A stretch of DNA of 64,000 nucleotides, from positions 384,001 through 448,000 of the forward strand of contig JBBQFN010000001.1 of assembly GCA_038321985.1 (NCBI GenBank), written 5' to 3'. The notes beneath the pieces were generated by a model, which was not told the origin of the DNA, did not search any database, and saw only the letters and a program-made list of their open reading frames with translations. Position numbers and translations under genes: made by a program. Each line of letters opens with the position of its first letter. Position 1 is the stretch's first letter. Below, piece by piece: positions 21,672 to 31,922 of this stretch. The stretch comes from Cyanophyceae cyanobacterium (GTDB taxonomy: Bacteria; Cyanobacteriota; Cyanobacteriia; Cyanobacteriales; Laspinemataceae).

Positions 21672-23570
21672 TCAGGGAACGGCGGGGGTCTCTGCGGCGG
21701 ATTGCACCAGGGGCAGTTCGATCGCGAACTCTGCGCCTTCTCTAGAGGTGGAATGGCAGGTGAGTCGTCCCCCATGTTGTTGTACCACAATCTGGTAACT
21801 GATCGAGAGTCCTAATCCTCTGCCTTTTCCTACAGGTTTTGTGGTAAAGAAGGGGTCAAATAAGCGCGATCGCCCTGATTCGCTAATCCCGGGACCATTA
21901 TCTTTAATCCGAATCAAAACCATTTGGTTTTCGGTGAGTTCGGTAGAAATGTGAATTGTCGGCACAAAATCTGGCTCAGTTGAATTTGCTTCCCGAGCTT
22001 TGATGTGAGCCAGGAAGACATCAATTAAGACATCGATCGCATTATTCAAAAGGTTAAAAAAAACTTGGTTTAATCCGCTTGGATAACACCGAACCGGCGG
22101 AATTTTCCCATAGTTTTTAATCAATTTAATTTCTTTTTCCTCTGCTATTTTAAGTCGATGGGCCAACAAAATCAGAGTGGTCTCTATATTTTCATGAATA
22201 TCTACTTTTTTCACTCCCGCTTCATCCATTAGGGAGAACTTCCGCAAAGATAAGACAATTTGATTGATGCGCTCAGCTCCAGCAGCAATCGAAGTAATCA
22301 TTTTTCTTAAATCTTTTCGGAGAAAATCAAAATCAATTTCTTCCATCTGTTGCCGAATTTTCTCATTGGGTGGATGTTCGGATTCATAAGACTCTAAGAG
22401 ATTTAATAAATCTGTAGTCGCCCCCTCAACATGAGAAATATTGCCATAAATAAAATTTACGGGGTTATTAATTTCATGGGCAATTCCGGCGACTAATTGA
22501 CCTAAGCCTACCATTTTTTCATTCTGAACCAATTGAACTTGAGCTTCTTGAAGCTCAGTTAAAGCTTGTTCGATTTTCTGCTTTTGATGACGCACCACTG
22601 CTTCCGCCTGTAGTCGGGCTGCATCAGTCTGTTTGCGAGAGGAAATATCCCGGGCGATCGCCAGAACCTCCGATGCTCCACTTTTGACATAGCGGACCTC
22701 ATAGGAGACCCATTTCTCTTGATTTTTATCCCGTTGAATGTACTCCCCAAGCTGGAGTTCTGAAGTCAGCAGAGTTTGGTTGACATAATGCATAATCCAA
22801 ATGGCTAAATCATCGGATAATACTTGATTAATATGTTTTCCCACAAAACTAGAATCTGCGGGTAAAGACTCACAAATGGGAAAAATTTCGCGCGTAAAAT
22901 CCGGTTTATTAGGGAGAGAATTAAGCGGCGGATATTCCGAATCTTCTCCGTTTAGCTCTACCCGGGCATTGGAGGGGCTGCGATAATCCAAAAAAAATCC
23001 ATCGGCGCTAATCCGAAACATCACATCCGGAATGGCATTGACCAAGGCGCGATTTTTGGCTTCACTAATCTCTAGAGAGCGTTGAATGGTTTGGCGCTCA
23101 ATAATCTCTTGTTCTAAGCAAAGATTTTGTTCTTGAAGGTTAATTTGGAATTTGCGTAAATTCAGGTGAGTTTGGACTCGGGATAAAACTTCCGCCTCTT
23201 GGAATGGCTTGGAAATATAATCGACGCCTCCGGCTTCAAATGCTTTAACTTTATCTTCGACATCATTAAGCGAACTTAAAAAAATCACCGGAATTTGGCG
23301 CGTTATTTCATGGTCTTTCAACCATTTACAAACCTCATAGCCATTCATTCCAGGCATCATGACATCGAGGAGGATTAAATCGGGCAAGGTATTGTTACAA
23401 ACGGTTAAAGCCATTTCTCCCTTCAAGGCTTTGTAAACTCGGTAGCCATTTTCAGTCAATACCGACGATAAAAGGCGCACGTTATCGGGGGTGTCGTCCA
23501 CGACCAAAATATTCGGGCGCTTGTTTTTAGATTTTTTGGGTTTAGTCACTTCAACTGGAGCGTGATTCAT
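21672..23570 (-). CDS. Hybrid sensor kinase REC-PAS-HisKA-HATPase (NtrB-like H-box)
   Basis: REC VVDD...LDVMMP, H-box AGIAHEINNP, NLLNNAID, DNGPG, FFTTKPVGKGRGLGL. Start overlaps the upstream stop by 4 bp. Confidence 0.92.
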   Translation of the reverse strand: MNHAPVEVTKPKKSKNKRPNILVVDDTPDNVRLLSSVLTENGYRVYKALKGEMALTVCNNTLPDLILLDVMMPGMNGYEVCKWLKDHEITRQIPVIFLSSLNDVEDKVKAFEAGGVDYISKPFQEAEVLSRVQTHLNLRKFQINLQEQNLCLEQEIIERQTIQRSLEISEAKNRALVNAIPDVMFRISADGFFLDYRSPSNARVELNGEDSEYPPLNSLPNKPDFTREIFPICESLPADSSFVGKHINQVLSDDLAIWIMHYVNQTLLTSELQLGEYIQRDKNQEKWVSYEVRYVKSGASEVLAIARDISSRKQTDAARLQAEAVVRHQKQKIEQALTELQEAQVQLVQNEKMVGLGQLVAGIAHEINNPVNFIYGNISHVEGATTDLLNLLESYESEHPPNEKIRQQMEEIDFDFLRKDLRKMITSIAAGAERINQIVLSLRKFSLMDEAGVKKVDIHENIETTLILLAHRLKIAEEKEIKLIKNYGKIPPVRCYPSGLNQVFFNLLNNAIDVLIDVFLAHIKAREANSTEPDFVPTIHISTELTENQMVLIRIKDNGPGISESGRSRLFDPFFTTKPVGKGRGLGLSISYQIVVQQHGGRLTCHSTSREGAEFAIELPLVQSAAETPAVP

Positions 23571-26500
23571 GCCTCCTCCTGTTCCGTTAATTCAATAATC
23601 ATTTCAAAATCAAAATTTTTCGCCAATGCTCTTAAGGCATGAGCCAGGGGAGCTCTTTCTGCCGGAATGAATTCGAGTAAAGCAAAAATTGCATCATCGT
23701 AACCTTGGCAAGCTGACTGATAAAGTTCTCCAATAAAATCCGGAGGCATTTGGGATAAATAATCTTTGATTTCATCTGCACTTAAGGGGTTATCCTGTGG
23801 AGTTTCTTGTGGGGAATCTAAGGGGATTTTTGTTTCATAAAGATATCTAACCCCTAGATGATTAGAGATTTTTTCCAGCAGCACTTCGGCTCGAAAGGGT
23901 TTGTGAAGAAAATCATCGCAACCGCAGGATAAAATACCTTGGCGTTCTTCTTCAAAAGCACTGGCAGTAAGGGCAATAATTGCCGTTTTCTGACCTTTAA
24001 AAGTGGCTTTAATTTCTTGAGTGGCTTGATAACCATCCAGGACTGGCATCCGCATATCCATACAAATCAAATGGGGATCCCAACTGGACCACAGGGCGAT
24101 CGCCTCTTGACCATTTTCTGCTTCCTGTACCTCAAAGCCAATCTCGGAAAGCAGGGTCACTAAAAAACGGCGATTGTTAACTGCATCATCGACGACTAAA
24201 ATTCGGTAGCGTTCCTGATCACCCTCTAGTCCAATCACTTTACAAGGGGATTTTTCATCGGTTTCCGGGGTGCCGTGGATTTCAACAATTTGAATATTAA
24301 AGCTAAAAATTGTCCCCACTCCCACCGTGCTGCTAACCTGAATATCTCCTCCCATTAATTGTACGAATTTACGGCTAATTGGCAAGCCTAATCCCGTTCC
24401 TTGCTGAGATTTACGCCCCGTTTCGGTTTGGTAAAAGGCTTCAAAAAGCTGATTCATTTCTTCGGGCGCAATTCCGGGGCCAGTATCTGCGATTTCAAAG
24501 CAGAGGGTTGAGGGAATTCCGGAGAAACCCGGGGAATTTTTTAAGTCGGTATTTCCCGGATTGGCTTCTAGTCTGGCCCGCAAGGTAACTCCACCAGATT
24601 CTGTAAATTTTAGCGCATTCCCTAAAATATTGATTAAAATCTGACGCAATTTGCTTTCGTCAGAGAGGATCATTCCCGGGATGTTGGGATCTAACTCAAA
24701 ACTGAACTGTAAGCCTTTGCTTTCCGCTTGAACCTTGAGCATAGCTTCTAGGTTCCTGAGCAGAGAAATCAAATGAAATGAAGTCGGGTTAAAGACGGTT
24801 CTACCCGCCTCAATTTTTGACATTTCTAGAATATCATTAATTAAAGAGAGTAAGTGTTCTCCGGCCTGATTGATAATTTTTAAGTTCTCCTGGTGTTGCG
24901 CGCTTAAGGATGAATTGCGATTCATCAGTTGAGTAAATCCCAAGATGGCATTGAGAGGGGTTCGCAATTCGTGACTCATGTTCGCCAGAAATTCACTTTT
25001 AGCTTGGTTGGCAGCATCTGCGGCGATCGCCGCTTGGTGGAGGGCTTCTGATTGCTTCTGGGTTTGTTCCAGTAATTCAGCTTGCTGCAAAGCTACCCCC
25101 AATTGATTGCCGATTTGATGGACAATATTGCGAGCGCTGGTTTGCCACTGACGCGGGCGATCGCTTTCGTAGGCTGCTAACAATCCCCAGAGTTTTGATC
25201 CGCAAAAAATGGGGACAATTATGTAAGCTCTAACTTTAAATTCTTCTAGTCTCGCTAAGTAACAAGGGCTAAAGTTCCGTTCATAAATGTCTTCAACAAC
25301 TACGCAATGCCCGTCTCGGACAAAATCACCCCCTCCGGTGTTGATTAGGTTGGTATCATTCCATCCCGATAAGGAATTAATCAGAACTTGCATTTGGCAA
25401 TTTTCCGCCGGATCCGGGTGATTCGATAGGTGTAAAGATTGACGGTTTTTTCGCAAGACTGAAATTCGTTCTGAGGCTACAGCTTCCGAGACAAATTCGC
25501 CGCTATAGTCTGGATTAAAACGGTAAATTGCAACAATATCACAGCTTAGACATCCTTGCAATTCGGCAGTTGTTGCTGCAAAAATGGTCTCTAAATCCAG
25601 AGATTGCCGAATTTGCTGGACTGCGGAGGTGACTGCCTTTTCCCGTTCGGCACTTTCCCGCAGTGCGGCTTCACTTTGCTTGAGTTTGGTAATATCCGTG
25701 GCCGTACCTAGCAGTTGCTTAACCGTGCCATCTTCAGCCCGGGCAAAAATAGTTTCCCGGGCCAAAACATTGCGCCATTCCCCCCGAATATTTCTAATCC
25801 GATACTCTAGTTCCCAAATTTCTCCCTCTTGCCCTCGCGAGATGGTTTGAAAATGTTCGCCAATTTTTTCAAAGTCCTCGGGGTGAATCAGGGTCGGTAA
25901 CAAATTGGTTCCCAATTGGGAAACTTCTTCGGAGGAATAGCCCAAGGTTTCGGCAATTTCTCGGTTGGCATAAATGTTACGCTGTTCTAAAATATCGTAA
26001 ATATATAAAAGATTAGGCGAAGTATCGGCGATATGCTGGACAAATCGCTGACTGATTTGCAATGCTTCTTCAGCTTTTTGGCGTTCAAGAATTTCCGCCT
26101 TAGCTTGTTCAAATAAGGTCGATTGTTGAACGGCGATCGCCAGTTGTTGGGCAATAGAGCGCAGGGATTCTATTTCCGCAGGATGCCATTGTCGGGGACT
26201 TTGACAGTGATGAGCTATCAGTAAGCCCCACAAATTCTGCTCTCTTAAAATCGGAATGATTAGTTTTGCCCTAATACTGAGGAGTTTAATCAACTCGGAT
26301 AGGCAAGGTAAATAGTTGACCCAATCCGTATTTTCAATGGCTACAACTTCCCCTTGCTGGTAACGGTCTCGGTCTTCGGGGCTAAAGAGTTCGTTGGGAA
26401 AATTATTCCCTTCAAAATTGGGGCAATTTGGACCCGAAGAGTGAGTGACTACAACCCCTGTGCCATCAGGATCGAGCCGGTAAATTAATACGCGATCGTT

Positions 26501-29500
26501 GACTAAAAATTGGCGAACTTCATGGGCGGCAGTGGTTAAAACTTCTTTCAAATTCAAAGAGGAGCGAATCCGCTCTTGGATAAAATTGAGTAATTGCTCC
26601 CGCTTGAGTTGTTGTTCAAGGGCTATTTCTGCTTGCTTGCGATCGCTGATATTAAAACTTGTCCCAATCAGCCGGTAAATGCGACTGCTGCTGTCAAAAA
26701 TTGGGCTTAAATGGGTCAGCCACCAGCTTTCTTGTCCATCTAGGGTAAACTTTTCTTCATAGGTTATCCGTTCTCGGGTTTCGATGCAGTAGCGATACCG
26801 ATGAATCACCTCCTGGGCGACTGCGGTAGGCAAAAGTTGTTCTGGAGTTGTTCCCCTCATTTCTTCCGCAGAAATTTGCCAAATCCATTCATGGGTTGGA
26901 TTACTATCAAAGTAGCAGAACGTTCCATCTTCCAAAACATCAACAATAAAAATAGCCGTTTCTACCCCTTCATAGATACTGCGTAAAAACTGTTCACTTT
27001 CTTTCAGAGAGGCTTGGGCTCGAATCTGCTCTGTGACCTCTTCAAAATAAACCGAAATTCCTTCCTGGGTGGGGTAAGCATGAACTTCAAACCAACCATT
27101 TAAGGGGGGATAAAACTCCAGGAACTCGCGTCTCGTATTTTCAGCAACAACCCGGTGATATTCCTCGTAAAATTTAGAACCACAGGCTTCGGGAAATTCT
27201 ACCCAAAGACTTTTGCCGAGGAGTTCTTCTTTACTTCTTTGGAAGAGGATCTCAGCTTGGGGGTTGATATAAGTAAATCGCCACTGAGAATCAAGGCTAA
27301 AGAAAGCATCCCTAATACTTTCCAAGATATTCGTGACCCGATTTGTAGCAGCTTCGGCTTCAGCCCATGCAGCTTGCTCACGATCGAGCAGTTGCAAACG
27401 CTCTTGTTCGGCTTGCTTGCGATCGCTGATATCGATCGCAGTCCCTAAAATTTGGGTCACCTTTCCTTGGGCATCTTTGGCAAATACCAGTTCCCGAACT
27501 GCGAAAGTCCGCCAGACTTCTGTCACATCTCGGAGGCGATATTCTCTTTTAAATAGATGACCGTCTTCATAAAGCCCATAGCTTTTTAGTCTCTCGGGAA
27601 TTTGGTTAAAATCTTCCGGGTCTATCAGGATTTCAAAAATATTCTCCCCCATTCCTTCAACTTCATCTTTGGAATAGCCGAGGATTTCGCCTAAGGAGCG
27701 ATTGGTGTAAATAAATTTCTGGGATACTATGTCATAAACATATAAAAAATTCGGATAAAAATTAGCAATGCTTTGAATGAAATCTTCTCGCTCTTGTAAA
27801 GTTTTTTCGGCCCGCTGGCGTTCAATTTCTGCCCCGGCCCGCGCCGAAAAAATCCGCAAAATCATCTCTTTTTCGGGGTTAACCTCCAGAGACTTATCGT
27901 CCATTACAGCTAAAATTCCTACCTTATTTCCCATCGAATCATTTAAAGGTATTCCGAAATAGCTGTGGGCATTTAGCTCAACTAAATCGAGGTCTAGAGG
28001 AAATAAGGATTGCAAATCTTTGGGATAAAGCTGGGCTTGCCCTTTGGCAACTGCCCCACAAGGACTGACTTCAAGGGAATACTCGAAGTTATCTAGATAG
28101 TTTTCTCCGTTCCAAAAGGCTAAAGCTCGCGCTTTCGTCGCAGGAGAATCGACAAATTCAGAAATGAAAGCATACCGAACTTGCAGGACTTGAGCTAGAT
28201 AGCGGGTGCAGGAATAAAATAAATTTTCTCCGGTACTAGAAGCGGTTCCCTCTACAATTAATCGCAGGGATTCTTCCTGTTGTTTGTGATCGCTGATTTC
28301 TCGGGCGACTGCTAAAATCGATTCCACTTCTCCATTGTTTCCCAACTCCGGGACAATTCGGACAAACAACCATCTAACCCCGTCCCCTCTGGGCACTGCA
28401 CATTCGAGGGTCTGTTGAGTTCCGGTCTCGAATGCTTGTTGCATCACCCCAACCCACTGAGAGACCCAGGTATCAGGAAACCCTAATTCTTGAATAGTTT
28501 TACCGAACAGTTCCCCACTGGGAATGCCAAAAATATCTTCCGAGGAAGAGTTGGCATAGAGATAGCCAAACTGGCGATCAAACCGCCAAATCAAATCCGG
28601 TGCTTGTTCCACTACGGCTCTAAATTCTCTTTCGCGTTGGGTGAGAACTTCTTCGACTTGGATGCGATCGTAAATTTCTGTTTGTAACTGGGTATTTTGC
28701 GCTATTAGTTCCGCTTCAATTCGGGAATGTTCCTGCAATTCCTGTTCCCGAAATAAAATTTCCTCCTGTAAGCGATTGTTCGTCTGATTTAATTCAATGA
28801 CTCGGCCATCAAGTTGCTGTTGCAACACCTCTAAGGTGGCCGAAACTTCTATGGGGCTTAAGGCTTTTAACAGGCCCGTTTGAGTGAGAATCCCGCTTAC
28901 ATTTCCCGATTCATTAACCGTGACTAAACGGCGAATTCGGCGTTCTTCCATGAATCGGTAAGCGTTCCACAAGGACTCCTCGGTTTTAAGCGTTAGTACC
29001 GGGGTACTCATCAACTCAGAAGCGACCGTTTCGGCTAAGTTTAAGTTTGAATTTATAAATTTAACGATATCCCCTTCAGTAATAACCCCAATTGGTAAAA
29101 TCTCCGATTCATTATTTTTAGCCTCACTAATGACAATGCAGCTAGCCTGATTGACTGCCATTTTTTGGATTACTTTTTCCACAGAAGCAGTCGGAGGTAA
29201 ATGAAATACACGACGATTCATTACCTGGGAGACTGGCTTTAATTTTAATGAATCTGGGGGTTTTAAAAAGTCACGAATGCTATTTTGAGTAATCAGCCCC
29301 AGGATATTTCCAGAGGCATCCATAGCCGGTAGGTGGCGAATGTGGTGCTGGCGCAGGGTCGATAAGACCGAAAAGATATCTAAGTCGGAGGAAACTACAA
29401 TTCGCACCGGATCAGGGGTCATGATTGCTGCAACCTTGACAGTGCTAAGGTCCACTGCCTCAGCGGTGATTCTCACCAGGTGTCGTTCGGTCAAAATGCC

Positions 29501-29638
29501 AACTAGCTGATGATTATCCACCACTAATGCACAACTGACTCGCTCTTGACTCATCAGAGCGATCGCGTCCCTAACCCAGCTATCGGGCGCTATAAATAAC
29601 CCGTTTTTTTCAATCATAGCAATCCGGTCTAAATTCAT
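23567..29638 (-). CDS. Multi-sensor hybrid histidine kinase: CBS pairs, several PAS, three GAF (two CBCR-like), HisKA, HATPase, REC
   Basis: CBS (VGILTERHL, IRHLPA, IRRLV), PAS/PAC repeats, GAFs with LWGLL, FLANMSHELRTPLN, NALKFT, GTGLGL, REC MDMRMP. Confidence 0.93.
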   Translation of the reverse strand: MNLDRIAMIEKNGLFIAPDSWVRDAIALMSQERVSCALVVDNHQLVGILTERHLVRITAEAVDLSTVKVAAIMTPDPVRIVVSSDLDIFSVLSTLRQHHIRHLPAMDASGNILGLITQNSIRDFLKPPDSLKLKPVSQVMNRRVFHLPPTASVEKVIQKMAVNQASCIVISEAKNNESEILPIGVITEGDIVKFINSNLNLAETVASELMSTPVLTLKTEESLWNAYRFMEERRIRRLVTVNESGNVSGILTQTGLLKALSPIEVSATLEVLQQQLDGRVIELNQTNNRLQEEILFREQELQEHSRIEAELIAQNTQLQTEIYDRIQVEEVLTQREREFRAVVEQAPDLIWRFDRQFGYLYANSSSEDIFGIPSGELFGKTIQELGFPDTWVSQWVGVMQQAFETGTQQTLECAVPRGDGVRWLFVRIVPELGNNGEVESILAVAREISDHKQQEESLRLIVEGTASSTGENLFYSCTRYLAQVLQVRYAFISEFVDSPATKARALAFWNGENYLDNFEYSLEVSPCGAVAKGQAQLYPKDLQSLFPLDLDLVELNAHSYFGIPLNDSMGNKVGILAVMDDKSLEVNPEKEMILRIFSARAGAEIERQRAEKTLQEREDFIQSIANFYPNFLYVYDIVSQKFIYTNRSLGEILGYSKDEVEGMGENIFEILIDPEDFNQIPERLKSYGLYEDGHLFKREYRLRDVTEVWRTFAVRELVFAKDAQGKVTQILGTAIDISDRKQAEQERLQLLDREQAAWAEAEAATNRVTNILESIRDAFFSLDSQWRFTYINPQAEILFQRSKEELLGKSLWVEFPEACGSKFYEEYHRVVAENTRREFLEFYPPLNGWFEVHAYPTQEGISVYFEEVTEQIRAQASLKESEQFLRSIYEGVETAIFIVDVLEDGTFCYFDSNPTHEWIWQISAEEMRGTTPEQLLPTAVAQEVIHRYRYCIETRERITYEEKFTLDGQESWWLTHLSPIFDSSSRIYRLIGTSFNISDRKQAEIALEQQLKREQLLNFIQERIRSSLNLKEVLTTAAHEVRQFLVNDRVLIYRLDPDGTGVVVTHSSGPNCPNFEGNNFPNELFSPEDRDRYQQGEVVAIENTDWVNYLPCLSELIKLLSIRAKLIIPILREQNLWGLLIAHHCQSPRQWHPAEIESLRSIAQQLAIAVQQSTLFEQAKAEILERQKAEEALQISQRFVQHIADTSPNLLYIYDILEQRNIYANREIAETLGYSSEEVSQLGTNLLPTLIHPEDFEKIGEHFQTISRGQEGEIWELEYRIRNIRGEWRNVLARETIFARAEDGTVKQLLGTATDITKLKQSEAALRESAEREKAVTSAVQQIRQSLDLETIFAATTAELQGCLSCDIVAIYRFNPDYSGEFVSEAVASERISVLRKNRQSLHLSNHPDPAENCQMQVLINSLSGWNDTNLINTGGGDFVRDGHCVVVEDIYERNFSPCYLARLEEFKVRAYIIVPIFCGSKLWGLLAAYESDRPRQWQTSARNIVHQIGNQLGVALQQAELLEQTQKQSEALHQAAIAADAANQAKSEFLANMSHELRTPLNAILGFTQLMNRNSSLSAQHQENLKIINQAGEHLLSLINDILEMSKIEAGRTVFNPTSFHLISLLRNLEAMLKVQAESKGLQFSFELDPNIPGMILSDESKLRQILINILGNALKFTESGGVTLRARLEANPGNTDLKNSPGFSGIPSTLCFEIADTGPGIAPEEMNQLFEAFYQTETGRKSQQGTGLGLPISRKFVQLMGGDIQVSSTVGVGTIFSFNIQIVEIHGTPETDEKSPCKVIGLEGDQERYRILVVDDAVNNRRFLVTLLSEIGFEVQEAENGQEAIALWSSWDPHLICMDMRMPVLDGYQATQEIKATFKGQKTAIIALTASAFEEERQGILSCGCDDFLHKPFRAEVLLEKISNHLGVRYLYETKIPLDSPQETPQDNPLSADEIKDYLSQMPPDFIGELYQSACQGYDDAIFALLEFIPAERAPLAHALRALAKNFDFEMIIELTEQEEA

Positions 29639-30425
29639 TTTCTATCCATTATCGACGGGATTTTATAAAGTTTTATCCTCGGGCTTTTAATCTTTATGAG
29701 CCGCAAACAATTTATTGGTTAAATATATATTTGTATTAATAAAATTTAATTTCTAAGGGTTTTCACATCTGGGTGGTCACCCGTTTGCCACTCTTATTTT
29801 AATAGAGCCTATCCCAATCCTGTGTAAACTTCAGGAATAAATTTGGGAGATAAAGCCCCTGTACACATTGTTCAATTGATTTGAATTTATTCGGAAAAAA
29901 GCAATCTTTTTCATGTTATTACAACTCTTAAAGGATGATCAAGGGCAAAGTAAGGGCATCTGGGTCCCCGGAGGGCGGAATGCCCTTCGCCATTTCGATT
30001 ATATCGATTCGCTATATTAAGTCTGTCTCGATCTCCCTTAGCTGCTGACTCCGAGCAACCTTCGCCAATCAGAGTGGCCTTATAAACTGGTCGGGACCAA
30101 TTTAGAACAGTAATTATACCAGATTAAGTGACTTTTAACAACTGGGTTTTTGGGGATTTTTTGGGGTGATTTTGATAGGGTAATCGCAGTACGACCCCAG
30201 TACAGTTGTAGGCTATATAAAACCTGCACCCCTACAGGGTAAGGCTATACAGACGGAGTTCTGCCTTCTCGGGCCACCGAAAAAACAGGTTTAACCGAAT
30301 TTTGTATGACTCAATCCCGGAGATTGGGCCTCATCAAAAAAAAGCGCACCGAGTCCAAGCGGGAATCTGACAAAACAAAGCCCGCCTAGGTGCGGGCTGA
30401 TTTAAAAAAGGCTTGGGGAGGGAAT

Positions 30426-30818
30426 TTAAGGTGGTGTGTTCCTAATCCCTGGGGAACCGCAGTGCAAGACCTGAGCACGATAGGAGACAAAGGTCGTAGC
30501 TGCCACAATACCCACTACCCCTGTAACCCCGGCTAAGGTGGTGGTGAGGATATTTAATAAGCTCAAGCTCACTAGGGCCATTGATGTGGCGACAGAGGCC
30601 CAAACGGAAAAGACATCTAGAGTACAGGTGAGGATGAGCAAAACTAGGGTGAGCCCGATCGCACTTAGAGCGCGACGCTGTAAAGCAATGAGCGGTTCTC
30701 TGGACTGGATTAAGGGATTTTCTATCTGTTGGGGGTAATGTAATTGGGCTGGGTGGGCCTTGACATTCATAAAGATTATCCTTTGCAGACCAGGAGATGG
30801 GTAAAAAGTTCCGTCCAT
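30426..30818 (-). CDS. Hypothetical small membrane protein
   Basis: Two to three hydrophobic segments (ALSAIGLTLVLLILTC..., VTGVVGIVAATTFV). Start may instead be the ATG at 30770. Confidence 0.5.
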   Translation of the reverse strand: MDGTFYPSPGLQRIIFMNVKAHPAQLHYPQQIENPLIQSREPLIALQRRALSAIGLTLVLLILTCTLDVFSVWASVATSMALVSLSLLNILTTTLAGVTGVVGIVAATTFVSYRAQVLHCGSPGIRNTPP

Positions 30819-30949
30819 GGCGTTAAGGGTGGATAGCTGCGGACCAATGGCTAAGTTATACAGGGTCCAGGCGGGAGGGCGATCGCCGAGGATATGGGGA
30901 GGGGGCCCATTGCCCGGGGAAAGGAAGCGATCGCCCGACTCTGTGCCAA

Positions 30950-31381
30950 TTAATAAGTTAGTTCAGGAAGGGTTAAGGCTTGAGGGGAATTAGGCCCATT
31001 CAAGTCTTTAAGATACTGCAATGCCAGCAGATACCCCATTTGATTGTTATTCTGACGGTAAACTTGGGCAGCTTGTTGTAAGTCAGAGATCGCGGCTTGC
31101 CTTTCCCCTTGATAGGCTTGGGCTTGTCCTCGGATCAAATACGCATTTCCTAACGCCGGTTCGATATCGATCGCCCGGTTGGCGTGAAAGATTGCGTTCT
31201 GATAATCTCCGACATCCAGGGCGTCTTCTGCAAGCGCTACGAAGTCAGTAGAATCCACTTCGATCACCGCCTCAGATTGCCGGGTAGACTGGGGGGATAT
31301 ATTATCGGCGATCGCTGCCGGGGCTATGCCGATACCTAAGCTAATCGCTAAAACAGTAACTATATTATAAATGCCTTTCAT
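30950..31381 (-). CDS. Secreted TPR protein
   Basis: Signal peptide MKGIYNIVTVLAISLGIGIAPAAIA, TPR AYLIRGQA...AAISDLQQAA, AAGGAG RBS. Confidence 0.85.
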   Translation of the reverse strand: MKGIYNIVTVLAISLGIGIAPAAIADNISPQSTRQSEAVIEVDSTDFVALAEDALDVGDYQNAIFHANRAIDIEPALGNAYLIRGQAQAYQGERQAAISDLQQAAQVYRQNNNQMGYLLALQYLKDLNGPNSPQALTLPELTY

Positions 31382-31922
31382 GAATATTCTCCTTAATTTT
31401 TGTCTCTTCAGTTCGGTGATCGCACAGTCTCACCGTAGGGAATTAGTCTTAGTTTTTGACTGAAACCTGTGCGATCGCCATCAACACCCTGAAGACCCGC
31501 AATTTTAGGTTTAGTCCTAGAAAAAATTGTTAAAAATCTTTAAGAACGCAGGTCGCTTACTGAGGCCATTGAAACTCCCAGTGAGTCAGGGTTCAAGGGC
31601 TTTAGCCCAAAGTCCAGTTCGGCTGTCAATTCCCTCAACTGGGGGATTCGACATTATTTATTCTGAGGGGAACTTAATCCTTTTAATCGGTTAATGTGAT
31701 TGCTCCTCGTTTAGACTTACCTTACTTTTAAGTATGTCAAAATAGTTTAAGTTAACGCTCCCCCCCCAGGCAGAGATTCCAGGGTATAGATCTAAGAAAA
31801 CCCCTCTATCGTTTGGCTTAAACCGAATCAGGGAGTTTAAATCTTGGGTAATTTTGCCCTGGCGTTTATCAAATCGTTTCAGAGGGTTCCCCGGGGAAAA
31901 AATTAATAAATATTAAATAAAA

